64,000 nt of DNA from Eledone cirrhosa. Taxonomy: Eukaryota. Below the pieces are notes generated by a model. The model did not search any database. It had not been told where the DNA came from and worked only from the letters and a program-made list of their open reading frames with translations. The stretch covers positions 365,924,001 through 365,988,000 of the forward strand of contig OZ024741.1 of assembly GCA_964016885.1 (NCBI GenBank), given 5' to 3'. Both the position numbers and the translations under genes were made by a program. Numbering within the stretch: position 1 is the stretch's first letter; each line of letters starts with the position of its first letter. Positions 25,730-39,265 of this stretch are shown here, piece by piece.

Positions 25730-27534
25730 AAATAAAATAAATGAGTCAAATGTTTAAAATTTGGCTTCGTTTATTACTGCTATATATATTTCAGTGACAG
25801 CAATCTTTGGCTGTGACTTCTTCAGTCCGAATTAGTGTGGTAGAGACGAGTACACATGTTGTTGAGGTGTTTAACTTTGTCGATACTCTGATATGCCCAG
25901 TTCCCGGTTGGTTTGTTATTTCCCTGAGGAACTGGAATCATATGAATTTAAACAAACGAATTTCAGCGTCAAAGGACATCTTCTCCTCTCATTGGTCAGT
26001 TGTGAGAACATTCCTCAGTGAAAAGTCTATAGAAATTCGTTCTGAGGAGAGGCAATCTGTAGTGGTTGTTCTTGCTATTGTTAAGTACATCTGACTTCTA
26101 CTCTTATGTTGGTAGTGGTGTTGGTGTTGGAGTCAGCTCCAAAAAATGATAAAGTGTTAGAAGGAATAAGATGGTAAAGGAACAAAATAAAATAATCAAA
26201 TAAAATGGGTGTGTGTTATACCCAATCTCAATGTTAGAAAGATTTATAAGGTCACTCCTCCCATTGGTCAGTTTGGAGAGCATTCTTCAGTCAAAGTCTA
26301 TAGAAATTCTTTCTGGGGTGAGGCTACCTGTAGACTGTGTTTTTGCTATTGTTAAGTACATCTAACCTCTACCCTTATTTTGGTAGTGGTGTTGGTGTTG
26401 TGGTCAGCCTAGGTCTTGCTGCTGCTGATATTTAGAAGTATCTGTGTGTTTCTTCAATCATGCTGCCACCATTTCTCGTGGTGGTGGTGGTGGGGGTGGG
26501 GAGGTTGTGGGCTCTGCCATGCATATGAAGAAATAGAAGGCAATAAAATGAAGGAAACAGAAAATAAATAATAAATAGGAAATAAAAGAAAAATTAATGA
26601 AAAATGAAAAATGAAAAATAAAAATGAAGATTCAAATAAAATAAAATGTGTGTGCTATAATCAATCTCAAAGTCAGAAAGATGTTGTATAAAGTAGTAGG
26701 AGGAACAAGATGGTAAAAGAATAAAACAAAATAAGATAATCAAGTAAAATGTATATGTGTTATAACCAATCTCAACGTTAGAAAGGATTGCAAGGTCACT
26801 CTTCCCATTGGTCAGTTTTGAGAGCATTTCTCAGTCAAAAGTCTATAGAAATTCTTTCTGGGGTGAGGCAACCTGTAGTGTTTGTTTTTGCTATTGTTAA
26901 GTACATCTGACCTCTACCCTTATTTTGGTAGTGGAGTTAGTGCTGCGGTCAGCCTAGGTCTTGCTGCTGCTGAAATTAAGAAGTATCTGTGTGTGTTTTT
27001 TCATCCATCCTGCCACCATTTCTCGTGGTGGTGGTGGGGGGGAGGGGGTGCCATGCATATGAAGAAATAGAAGTCAATAAAGTGAAGAAAACAGAAAACA
27101 AATGAAAAAAAATGAAGATTCAAGTAAAATAAAATGTGTGTGTGTTATAAAGATGTTGGCCAAATTAGAAAGGCTGTGTTAGAATCAATCTCTAGGCTAT
27201 CATGGTGTCTGCTCAGCCTGGGTGGGTCCCTATGGCTTGAGGGGAGATCCCAACCTAGGGTGTTGTTACTGCCAATATAGTTTGAATGAGGTCCGGCCGA
27301 GAGGTGTCTACATGTTCTGGAGAAGTCCCTATAGCTTGAGGGGAGTTCACATCTCAGTGTGTTGTTACTGCCCATATAGCTTGAGGAAGGTCCCGGCCCT
27401 GAGATGTCTGCATGTCCTGAAGAAGTCGGTTCTGATGTTTATCAGGCGGCTTCCACCGCTTAGTATCTCGAGGGTCTCGTTCAGACATAGTTTGCATATA
27501 CCAGATCCCTCTTTATCGGGTGGTACTTTGCTGA

Positions 27535-28944
27535 TTATGGACCAGGCCAGAGAGTACGGGTCCTGTCCAGCTTAAGCTTCCAGATCAGGTCGGAAAGAGT
27601 CGTACTTTTCCTTTTGGCCTCCTTATTGAAGGAATGGCGATGGTTATACCAACGGTCTTTAAAGCTCGTTGATGTGGCTCCTATGTAGAGGTGTTCCGAG
27701 TTGGGGGTTTTAACCCTACATCCGTATATTAGGTTCTTCTTAATGCACTCATTACTAAGGGGACATGCTTCGGGGTTTCTGCAGTTGCAGAGGGTGGTCA
27801 ACCTCTGCGTGCCTAGTGTGGGGTTCCCGTTACGTGTTACATGGTGGTCTTCCCCCGGGCACGGTGGGGGGTCCCCGGGTCTGTTTGAGTTTCTTGGATG
27901 GGCACTGGGTCCACCCTTCCCTCCTTCCACATGGTTCTGCTGCGTGCTTATATTGCCAACTTCTGGTTGTGTGTGATTTTTAAGCCTACTCCTGTTGATG
28001 CTAGCTATGAGTTGGGCCAGATTTATCGTGGTGGAATACGAGAGCTTCACAGTGTGTCTGTTGAAGATCTTGTGATATCTATGGTCCCTCGGGAAGCATT
28101 TATCAAGTGCTCCAATGAATGATCGAGCCAAGCTGTTTATTAGGGCCGCTAAGTAGGGTGGGTTGTACCACGTGATTTTTCTGCGTCTACTCCTATATGG
28201 GTGCGTTGGGGGCGTCGTGAGTTGTTGGAGAGTTGTTGGGTTGCTGGTGGTTCCCGCATTGTAGCTTACCCTTTGGGTGCTATGCGTTTTGCTATCTTCA
28301 CGGCCCGAATCTGTGGGGTGGTTGTTGCCCGCGCTGGGAGATCCACTGTGGGGTGGTCCCCCGTTACACCCTCCCCCCACAGTCCTGCGGTTGGGGTCGT
28401 CGGGCCCGGGGTGGTTAGCATCACCCCTGAGACTGCTACTCATATTGGGTTTCTTCCTATGGTTAAGCCTACTCGTCACCATCGCCCGTGTGGTGATGTC
28501 GGGCTCATGGTGCTTATTTGTTTCTGTTCTGCCTGTATTGATAGGGTTCGCCCCCTCCCGGACAACGCGGGTGTGGGTGTCTGTTGGGCCATCCCCATCC
28601 CGGCGCCTCGGACTATATGTTATATTTTGGCCATGTGCCGCCTTATTTAGAGCTGCTTTGTAATATTCCGCGTTGTTATCGAAGATTTCTTTATTTGCGG
28701 ACAGGCTGGAGATGCTGTCCGAAACAATCTTCACCACGGCCTTGGTTATGGATCTAGGGTGGTTTGACTTGGCATTAACATATACAAGTTTCTCGTTGGG
28801 CTTGTGGTAGGGGTAGTATTGCTCGGTGTTCAGGTTTAAGGTGGTGTCTAGGGAGTTAACTGCCTTTCTATTTGGGTCTAGTTCGATACTGAACTCCTGG
28901 TTCTTAAAGAAATGGTGAATACGCCTGCTCATTCCCTCCAACAT
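27535..28944 (-). pseudogene. PLE RT thumb, linker and GIY-YIG endonuclease segment
   Basis: ORF-track protein with SNHP, WYNPPY, CNCRNPEACPLSNEC, LIYGCRV, YIGATSTSFKDRWYNH; frameshifted at both ends. Confidence 0.9.
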
Positions 28945-29014
28945 ATTGGTGCTGTGGTCATATACTGTGAAGAGAGCATCGTCACGATATAATCCGCCAC
29001 CCAGGTAGGGGATT

Positions 29015-29386
29015 TCATCGTTTATGCTTCAGCAGGAAGAGCCCAACCAGGCCCGTTACCTGTGCTGAACCGCCGGAGCCCATCGTGATGTCAAAATTAT
29101 TTGGCCAATCATTCCTGGTCCAAAGGTCTCCATTGAAACGGATTAAAGTATTTCTTGCGGCGTGGATGATGCTCACCTCCTTGCGGGTTAGGTCCATATT
29201 GTACATCGCTAAAAATAGGGCCTTATTGAGTACTATGGTTGAGATTGAGGAGTAGTAGCCTGCGATATCCAGTTGGATAAAGCTGGACTTACTTTTCTCA
29301 TTTAGTATCTTAAACCATTCTATTACCACTCCCGTGCATGACCATTGCTCTAATTTAGTTTTTTTCCGAAGCTTAGATATATTCAT
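29015..29386 (-). pseudogene. PLE RT palm segment
   Basis: QW.....VIEWF, FIQLDIAGYYSSI, FDITMGS; YRDD motif follows in another frame at ~28980. Confidence 0.85.
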
Positions 29387-29450
29387 GTAAGCTGTGGCAT
29401 TGATCTCAACCAGGGTAAATCCAGGTTTTTTCCTCAGGTATCTTCCTCAG

Positions 29451-31890
29451 TTCCCAAGAAACTCAAACAGACCTGGGGACCCCCCACCGTGCCTGGGGAA
29501 AGACCACCATGTAACACGAAACGGGAACCCCACACTAGGCACGCAGAAGTCGACCACCCTCTGCAACTGCAGAAACCCCGAATCATGCCCCCTTAGTAAT
29601 GAGTGCCTTAAGAAGAATCTAATATACAGATGTAGGGTTAAAATCCCCAACTCTGAACACCTCTACATAGGAGCCACATCAACGAGCTTTAAAGACCGTT
29701 GGTATAACCATCGCCATTCCTTCAATAAGGAGGCCAAAAGGAAAAGTACGGCTCTTTCCGACCTGATCTGGAAGTTTAAGCTGGACAGGACCCCGTATTC
29801 TCTGACCTGCTCCATAATCAGCGAAGTACCACCCGATAAAGGGGGATCTGGCATATGCAAACTATGTCTGAACGAGACCCTCGAGATACTAAGCGGTGGA
29901 AGCCGCCTGATAAACATCAGAACCGACTTCTTTGGGACATGCAGACATCTCAGAGCCGTACCTTCCTCAAGCTATATGGACAGTAACAATAATACACTGA
30001 GATGTGAAGTCCCCTCAAGCTATAGGGACTTCTCCAGAACATGTAGACACCTCTCGGCCGGACCTCATTCAAGCTATATTGGCAGTAACAACACCATAGG
30101 TTAGGAACTCCCCTCAAGCCATAGGGACCCACCCAGGCTGAGCATGATAGCCTAGAGATTGATTCTGACACAGCCTTTCTAATTTGGCCAACATCTTTAT
30201 AACACACACACATTTTATTTTACTTGAACCTTCATATTTTTTTTTCATTTTTTTTCTGTTTTCTTCACTTTATTGCCTTCTATTTTTTCATATGGATGGC
30301 ACAACCCCCCCCCCCCCCCACCACCACCACCACCACCACCACGAGAAATGGTGGCAGGATGGATGGAAACACACACACAGATACTTCTTAATTTCAGCAG
30401 CAGCAACACCTAGGCTGACCGCAGCACAAACACCACTACCAAAATAAGGGTAGAGGTCAGATGTACTTGACAATAGCAAAAACAAACATTACAGGTAGCC
30501 TCACCCAGAAAGAATTTCTATAGACTTTTGACTGAGAAATGCTCTCAAAACTGACCAATGGGAGGAGTAACCTTGCAAATCTGTCTAACGTTTGCGATTG
30601 GTTATAACACACATTTTATTTGATTATCTTATTTTGTTTTATTCTTTTACAAATCTTGTTCCTCCTACCACTTTATCCAACATCTTTCTGACTGTGAGAT
30701 TGGTTATAGCACACACATTTTATTTTATTTGAATCTTCATTTTCATTTTTTATTTTTCATTTTTCATTTTTCATTTTTCCTTTTTCATTTTTCATTTTTC
30801 ATTTTTCATTTTTCATTTTTCATTTTTCATTTTTCATTTTTCATTTTTCATTTTTCATTTTTCATTTTTCATTTTTCATTTTTCATTTTTCATTTTTCAT
30901 TTTTCATTTTTCATTTTTCATTTTTCATTAATTTTTCTTTTATTTTCTATTTATTATTTATTTTCTGTTTTCTTCATTTTATTGCCTTCTATTTCTTCAT
31001 ATGCATGGCAGATCCCCCCCCCACCACCACCACCACGATAAATGGTGGCAGGATGGATGAAGAAACACACAGATACTTCCAAATGTCGGCAGCAGCAAGA
31101 CCTAGGCTGACCACAACACCAATACTACTACCAAATTAAGGGTAGAGGTCAGATGTACTTAACAATAGCAAAATCAAACACTACAGGTAGCCTCACCCCA
31201 GAAAGAATTTCTATAGACTTTTGACTGAGGAATCCTCTCAAAACTGACCAATGGGAGGAGTGATCTTACAAATCTTTCTAACATTGAGATTGGGTATAAC
31301 ATACACACATTTTATTTGATTATTTTATTTTGTTCCTTTACCATCTTATTCCTTCTACCACTTTACCATTGTTTAGAGCTGACTCCAACATCATCACAAC
31401 TACCAACATAAGAGTAGAGGTCAGATGTACTTAACAATAACAAGAACAACCACTAAAGATTGCCTCGCCTCAGAACGAAATTCTATAGACTTTTCACTGA
31501 GGAATGTTCTCACAACTGACCAATGAGAGGAGAAGATGTCCTTTGACGCTGAAATTCGTTTGTTTAAATTCATATGATTCAAGTTCCTCGGAGAAATAAC
31601 AACCCAACCAGGAACTGGGCATATCAGAGTATCGACAAAGTTAAACACCTCAACAACATGTGTACTCGTCTCTACCACACTAATTCAGACTGCCTGAAGA
31701 AGTCACAGACAAAGATGGCTGTCTCTGAAATATATATCGCAGTAATAAACGAAGCCAAATTTTAAACATTTGACTTATTTATTTTATTTTACATTACTCC
31801 GGAGTAACTAAACCAACCTGCGCACTTCGTCGAGTGCTCCAATCTGCATACTGATGTGTTCGTATACAACCAACATATACTCAAAATTAA
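29451..31890 (+). mobile_element. Inverted copy of the 3' part of the same Naiad-type PLE (GIY-YIG + 3' UTR + complete pLTR)
   Basis: Reverse complement of ~25735-27897; GIY-YIG ORF to 30104 with CKLCLNE and TCRH; (TTTTTCA)n expansion at ~30735-30928. Confidence 0.9.
31689..31743 (+). ncRNA. Type I hammerhead ribozyme
   Basis: actgc CTGAAGA .. GAAAT atat ATC gcagt. Confidence 0.75.
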
Positions 31891-31923
31891 TATATATATA
31901 TATAGTCCAAATCAAAAAACGGA

Positions 31924-33018
31924 TTGAACTTCCACAAATATTTATCAGAGAATTGGAAACGCTACTTGGATGATTGCCTCATTCTTTGGTCCCACACACT
32001 CGACCAACTGAAGGATTTCAAAAACTTAATAAACGGCATCAATAACCACATCCAATTCACAATTGAATACAGCCAAGATCAACTCCCATTTCTGGACATC
32101 TTAATCACAAAAAAAGACACAAATATCGAAACTGACATACACTACAAACCAACAGATTCCAAACAATATCTGCTATTCACCTCCAACCATCCAAAGCACA
32201 CGAAGACGAACATTCCTTTTAACCTAGCAAGAAGAATTTGCACAATTGTCTCCAATTATGAAACGCGAAATAAAAGACTTCAAGAATTAAAGGAAATTCT
32301 ACTTGAGAGAGAGTACCCACTATTACTAATAAATAATGGAATAGAAAGGGCTAAAGCAATAGGCATTGATGAATTACGGAAACAGAAACAAATTCAAGGT
32401 ACGTCCAATATTCTATCATATATCTCAACACACAACCCAAGAAATGCGGAAGCTTACAACACTATTCACAATAACATCCCACTACTAAAACAAAACCCAA
32501 GAATGAAAAAAGCCCTTGAAACACACAAAATAATCAAAAGCAAAAGACAACCAAAATCACTGAAAACATTACTCACCAATGCCAAATTACCTACCACAAA
32601 CCCACAACCAAGTATCAAAAAATGTGGTCGCTCTAATTGTGGAACCTGCACTCACCTCATTGAAGGCAACACGTATACATTTAAATCAGGACAAAATTTT
32701 ACTGTAAAAAATCACTTCACTTGCTCATCAAAAAATCTAATTTATGCCATTAAATGTAAAGGATGCAATGAAGATTATATAGGACAAACTAAACTCACAC
32801 TCAGAAACAGAATGACAGTTCATCGCCAACAATTACGAGATCCAACCACGAGACAGATACCACTAAGTGCACATCTAGACATTTGCGCAAGTAATAAGAC
32901 ACCCAAATTCCAAGTCTTCCCATTTTACCTTTGCGCTAACAATACAACAGAACAAATGCGAATAAATAAGGAAAATATGTTTATTCAAAAATATAGACCA
33001 ACATTAAATAAGGTTTAA
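31924..33018 (+). CDS. PLE RT C-terminal half + zinc-finger linker + GIY-YIG endonuclease (5'-truncated, uninterrupted)
   Basis: WKRYLDD, FLDI, HYKPTD, SNHPKH, CGRSNCGTC, FTCSSKNLIYAIKCKGC..YIGQT...LRNRM..HR. Confidence 0.9.
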   Translation: MNFHKYLSENWKRYLDDCLILWSHTLDQLKDFKNLINGINNHIQFTIEYSQDQLPFLDILITKKDTNIETDIHYKPTDSKQYLLFTSNHPKHTKTNIPFNLARRICTIVSNYETRNKRLQELKEILLEREYPLLLINNGIERAKAIGIDELRKQKQIQGTSNILSYISTHNPRNAEAYNTIHNNIPLLKQNPRMKKALETHKIIKSKRQPKSLKTLLTNAKLPTTNPQPSIKKCGRSNCGTCTHLIEGNTYTFKSGQNFTVKNHFTCSSKNLIYAIKCKGCNEDYIGQTKLTLRNRMTVHRQQLRDPTTRQIPLSAHLDICASNKTPKFQVFPFYLCANNTTEQMRINKENMFIQKYRPTLNKV

Positions 33019-33828
33019 TATACATTATGTCAACACCACAATATGACATACACACACACACATAACACCTTCTACTTTAGAAAATAAAAACCCGAACTAA
33101 ATAAACCTTAACATACGTTTGCACTGGCAATACAACAGCAAACACGAAAAAGTCAGGAAAATATGTTCATTCAAAAATATTCCTACTAAAGGAATCACTT
33201 TCCTACACACACACATACACACACACACAATATATATATATATATATATTCTCTTCATCTTAACATGCTAACCATACTCCCACACACATAACACCCATAC
33301 ACACACATAAAAACCCCCACACCTACAACTCCCTCCCCATTTCTACTAATAGAACCACTTTCCTACACACATATATATATACACACACAAAAAATATATA
33401 TTCTCTCCATCTTAACGTACTCGCACACACACCCATAACACCCATATACACACACACACAACTCCCTCCCCCATCTCTACTAATAGAATCATCTTCCTAC
33501 TAAAGGAATCACTTTCCTACACACACACATACACACACACACAATATATATATATATATATATATATTCTCTTCATCTTAACATGCTAACCATACTCCCA
33601 CACACATAACACCCATACACACACATAACTACCCCCACACCTACAACTCCCTCCCCATTTCTACTAATAGAACCACTTTCCTACACACATATATATATAC
33701 ACACACACAAAATATATATTCTCTCCATCTTAACATACTCGCACACACACACATAACACCCATATACACACACACACACAACTCCCTCCCCCATCTCTAC
33801 TAATAGAATCATCTTCCAATACACACAT

Positions 33829-33859
<31 letters not shown>

Positions 33860-34371
33860 AGCACACAAATAAACACATATCTTCAGTCTCAATAGAAAAT
33901 CTGAACTCTGACACCTGAACTGTGACAGCTGGCCATATTCACTGAACCAGAACATTTCTCCCAATCCCTTTTCCCTTGACCACTATGTCTCCATTGTCAT
34001 AACATTCACTATAAAGACTACAGAATAGTTTTCCAAATAAGGGCGCAAAAATGTAATGAAAACTTGTTCACGTGACAGCCAAATTTCATTTACAACCAAC
34101 CAAAAAAAAGCCTTCGTGAGCCTCATTTTTTCAAGTAAAAAGAAATTCAAACACTCATATATGAAAAAACAACCTGTGACAACCCCCCCCCTCTCTTATT
34201 TGAAGAACTATTGTAACGCGAACTGGCGCGAAATTTATTATAATTATTGACAAACCAATCAAATTACTTTTCGAAAAACCTGGCTTTCGAGCAACTTTTT
34301 CCATATAAAACAAGTAACATTTAGAGACCAACCCGATGTGAGAAAAACCACAGACCCTCCATCTCAACTCA

Positions 34372-34409
34372 CCTTTTGAAAAGCAGAAGAACTGCGAAAC
34401 CGGTAAAGG
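34372..34409 (+). ncRNA. Minimal hammerhead ribozyme, U3-A8 core variant
   Basis: cctt TTGAAAA gcag aagaa ctgc GAAAC cg GTA aagg. Confidence 0.7.
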
Positions 34410-34542
34410 AACCAAATTAATATATATATTTTAAAAAAAAATAAGACTTCAGTTGCATTTTCGATTTCATCTCTTTTTCTTTATACTTCCACTCGTGTAG
34501 GACACCTCGGTTATTTTTCATTTTGTAAAAAAAACCTCACTC

Positions 34543-34595
<53 letters not shown>

Positions 34596-34746
34596 GTAAT
34601 AATAATAGTAAAATAATAAATTGGAAGACTAAAATCCAAAGAGGGCTCGATAAGGATAAATATATATCTAATATATAAGAACCGTAGAAGATCCCGTTAA
34701 GGGTGAAAGCACCGATTCTTTGCTTAAACTTTAATCTGTTATTTTA

Positions 34747-34887
<141 letters not shown>

Positions 34888-34928
34888 CGATATTAAACAA
34901 ATGGAAATTACATTTATAAAACCATATT

Positions 34929-34994
34929 TATTTCATTATATATATTTCAGGGATATCATATTAAAAATATGGTATGCCCTCTTCAGATAAAATA
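34929..34994 (-). ncRNA. Type I hammerhead ribozyme
   Basis: Reverse complement of 37820-37885. Confidence 0.8.
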
Positions 34995-35146
34995 CAATAT
35001 ATAGACAGCTTTATAAATAAATTTGACATACCTTAGAGTTCACAACTTCCATTTAAAAAGTTGTTACGGTAGTGAAAATGTTAAGGACGGTTAGAAAGAA
35101 AGACGGAGAGAAAGAAAGGAAAAAGAAAAAGAAGGAGAAAAAGAAT

Positions 35147-36464
35147 AATAACCAGCTATGGACTAGGGCAGATAGGGATAGCAATTTTGACATTACTATG
35201 GGATCATCTGACTCAGCTCAGGTAACAGACCTTGTGGGCCTATTTATAATTAATTCGCTGCATAGGAAATTACCCGGTGCTACCGGAGGATTATATCGGG
35301 ATGACATCCTTTTACTTATTGAAAATAATAACGCTGAACTAAATAGAAAAAGAAAACAAATTATACAATTTTTTAATTACCTTAATCTAAAAATAGAAAT
35401 TGAGAATAACCATAGAATAGTCAATTTCCTAGATGTAACATTAAATATCAACACATGTCTTCACTATCCATTTCACAAGTTAAATGAAAACTTGAATTAT
35501 GTCAATTTTAACTCCAACCACCCCAGATCTGTTAAAAATACTATAGTGAACTCTGTTCAAAAACGTATCTCTAGAATCTCATCTAATAAAAATATTTTCG
35601 ACCAAAAAGCCCACTATTACAATGAAGCGTTAGCTAGAGCAGGATATAGTGATAAAATTATGTACATCGAAAATAATAGACAAACTAACCAAAATAACAA
35701 CAATTTTAATTACGGTAACAACTTTAACAACTATAATAGAAAGAATTACAATAATTCCAAAAACCAGAAAAGGAATAGAACTAGAAACATAATTTGGTTC
35801 CCCCCCCCCCCTTTCTCACTAAACATTAAAACCCACATCGCTAAACTATTTTTTAATGCTCTTGACAAACGATTCCCTAGAACACGTAAGTATCACTCAA
35901 TTTTCAAGACATACTATAAAATTAACCTACTCGTCCACCAAAAATTTTGCACAAAATATTAATAGAATAAATAATAGAAATCTAAAACTTAGCCAAAATA
36001 CCGATAATAGCATAAACAATATTCAAGTAAACAACTGTAACTGTAGAGATAGATCTAAATGCCCGTTAAATAACAATTGCTTAGTTAAAAATATAATATA
36101 CAACTGTAATGTTAAAACTGACTTAAATTCTTTTAATTATGTTGGTTCCACCTCGACAGAATTTAAACTTCGCTATAATAATCACAAGAATTCTTTCACA
36201 GATCCAAACAAAAAATCTTCAACATCACTATCAGGCTTGCTCTGGCAACTTAAACATGATAGCGTTGGATATTCGACGGTTTGGAATATAGTCTCAAGAG
36301 GGATTCCTTTTAATTCCTCCTCTGAGACATGTGACCTCTGCGCAGAGGAGATATTCTTTATACTAAAATCTAAAAATTCCCTTAATTTACGGACCAATTT
36401 ATTCAGTTGCTGCAGACATAGATTGAACTCAACTTTTAAATATAAATATAAGTTTAAAATGTAA
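35147..36464 (+). pseudogene. PLE RT + GIY-YIG endonuclease, one frameshift near 35905
   Basis: FDITMGSSDSAQVTDLVGL, GGLYRDD, FLDVTL, SNHP, WFPPPPF; then CNCRDRSKCPLNNNC, IIY..YVGST..FKLRYNNH, CDLCAEE, CCRH. Confidence 0.9.
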
Positions 36465-37819
36465 TATATTTACTTAAGACTTTTAATTATTTTAGAAAAC
36501 TTGTCGATTTCTTTCGATTCCTTCAATTCTTTAAACCTTCTTCATGAATATATAATTAATAATGTAATTAAACTACCTTAAAACGGTGATGATCCAAATC
36601 TATTGAATAACATTTTTATGCTAGATAAACTTCTAGAATAAATATAAGAGCATCTGTAGAACAACCGAGCATCCTAAAGTTTTTTTGAATGATTTCTGCT
36701 AAATAAGTTTGGTGAATAATTTTGGTTTTGTTTGTTTTTGACTCTGATTGCTTCTAATAAACTTGGCAGTATTGTCAAATAAATTGGAGGGATTGATTGA
36801 TATGCTGGGCACACTGTGTTTTTATTACGGCCCTAGATATTCTGGGGAGGAAAATATTCTTGGCGTTTTTAATATTTTAATATATTGATATCTGTTCTAT
36901 TCTATGCTTGTACGATAATCATGTAAGAAAGGGCAAGAATATTATTATTATTAATAATGTATATTTTATGTATATATATATGTATGTACACTTATGTGTA
37001 TGGTAAAATCTTTTTAGCGCAATGAAGAGTTCCATGTGAAATAAAAATTTACAGAGCTGATCATGTAAACTCACATGTGTCTATAATGTCAGTTTGAGAT
37101 AGCCATCTCTTTTTCTTTCTCTTTTCTCTTTTTTCATGAAAATACATATATACCTATGTATTCCAGTATTTTTTGAGGTTTTATCTCAGATTTTGATTAT
37201 AAACCTATGCATTTTAAAAATAAACATAGAGTCACTATTTTTTCACACATTATTGATATGTGTCTCATTCATGAATATTGATGTTTACATTATAATTCAT
37301 AGGAATTGATAGACTGATGAAACATAATATTTTAAAACTATCATTTTTGTTTCTAAGTATATCTCCTCTCCTCCTCCCTTCTACTCTTATTTCGGCTGTT
37401 TTAACTCTATCTCCTGTATATCACCCCTCCCCTATCTCTCCCACCTCGTATAATAGATATTACTCGATCTACCTCTCTTTATTTTGTTTTTATTTTTTAT
37501 TTCTCCCCGTATCCTTAACACTAAATAAATAAATAAACAAATGAATAATTACAGTACCCCTTCCCTCATAGATCTCTCATTTGGTGATTTTCTCTTTACA
37601 TACATTTCTTCGTCTTCTTCACCTTCCGCTCTTTCTTTTTCTTTTTCTTTTTCTTTTTCTTTTTCTTTTTCTTTTTCTCCTTCTTTTTCTTTTTCCTTTC
37701 TTTCTCTCCGTCTTTCTTTCTAACCGTCCTTAACATTTTCACTACCGTAACAACTTTTTAAATGGAAGTTGTGAACTCTAAGTTATGTCAAATTTATTTA
37801 TAAAGCTGTCTATATATTG

Positions 37820-37885
37820 TATTTTATCTGAAGAGGGCATACCATATTTTTAATATGATATCCCTGAAATATATATAATGAAATA
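37820..37885 (+). ncRNA. Type I hammerhead ribozyme
   Basis: tattttat CTGAAGA gggcatacc atatt..aatat gatatccct GAAAT atat ATA atgaaata. Confidence 0.8.
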
Positions 37886-38769
37886 AATATGGTTTTATAA
37901 ATGTAATTTCCATTTGTTTAATATCGTAAAATACTCCAAAATCTGTTGAGTGCTTTTATATCAGTTATAAAATATTTACTCGTTGTAACCCAACATTTTA
38001 AATAAAACTTTTGCATATATATATATATATTATGTAATTAATTATATATATATATATATATGGCTGGCTATACTTTTTATTTCTTATTTTGTCACCGTTG
38101 TTACTGTTGATTTCGCTATTGTCGCGTTAGTTCTCTCTTTTTAATTATTCCCTTTTCTCTGAAATCAATCTACCAGACCCTATCCAAAGAGTACAAGATT
38201 ATTGATTTGCACTTCCTAACTTGCACATATTTAGTGTAGTTAGTAATTTTTTCTGATATTGTGTCTCGTATTTAATGTTTGAAGTAAAATATCATATACT
38301 TTGTCGCTTGAGATATAATTCTGTATTGGTTTTGATATATCTAGTGGTATTGATATATGTATTGTTTTTTGGTATTTTGTATTGGCATTTAGTATTATTG
38401 TTGTTGCTTTGATCGTCTCCAAAAACACCACCTATATTTGTGTGTGTGTATACAGAAGATTTTGAATTAATAGCGACAGAAAAACCATGAAGTTCATCTG
38501 TATGAGTTCGTCATCTCTCGTGGGTTCGATTCCTGGGCTGTGTGTTGTGTTCTTGAGAAAAACACTTCATTTTACGTTGCTCCAGTATACTCCGCTTAAA
38601 ATGAGTACCAGCAATAGCTGGGGGTTTAACCCTGCGATGGACTGCCGTCCTGTCCAGCAGGGAGTTTTGTATACTCTGAGTCGCTTCACGCCATGAAACC
38701 GGGATAACCACCGGCGAAATGAGCCTTTTGGCTTAAGACAGACTTTAGAACTATATATATATATATATA

Positions 38770-39265
38770 GAGATTTTGAGTTTATGTTGGTTGTATACCA
38801 ACACCTCAGTATGCAGGCTGGAGCACTCGACGAAGTGCGCAGGTTGGTTTGGTTACTCCGGAGTAGTGTAAAATAAAGTTAAATAAAAGTCAAATGATTA
38901 AAATTTAACTTCGTTTATTACTGCTATATATATTTCAGTGACAGCCATCTTTGGCTGTGACCTCTTCAGGCAGTTTGAATTAGTATGGTATAGACAAGTA
39001 CATATGTTGTTTAGGTGTATGATATTGTCAATACTCTGATATGCCCAGTTCCTTGTTGGGTTGTTAATTCACTGGGGAACCTAAACAACATATGTACTTG
39101 TCTATACCATACTAATTCAAACTGCCTGAAGAGGTCACAGCCAAAGATGGCTGTCACTGAAATATATATAGCAGTAATAAACGAAGGTAAATTTTAATCA
39201 TTTGACTTTTATTTAACTTTTAATAAACGAAGCTAAATTTTAATCATTTGACTTCTATTTAACTT

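Larger units (their letters stand above)
25735..29450 (-). mobile_element. Naiad-type Penelope-like element, 5'-truncated and frameshifted (RT + GIY-YIG + long 3' UTR/pLTR)
   Basis: FIQLDI..YYSSI, FDITMGS..SAQVT.LVGL, GGLYRDD, SNHP, WYNPPY, CNCR....CPL...C, LIY..YIG.T..FKDRWYNH; degenerate HHR at 25776-25830. Confidence 0.9.
31905..34548 (+). mobile_element. Neptune-type Penelope-like element, 5'-truncated
   Basis: RT-GIY-YIG ORF, 1.5-kb 3' UTR with a ~315-bp tandem duplication (33180-33820), terminal HHR, (TA)n on both sides. Confidence 0.85.
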
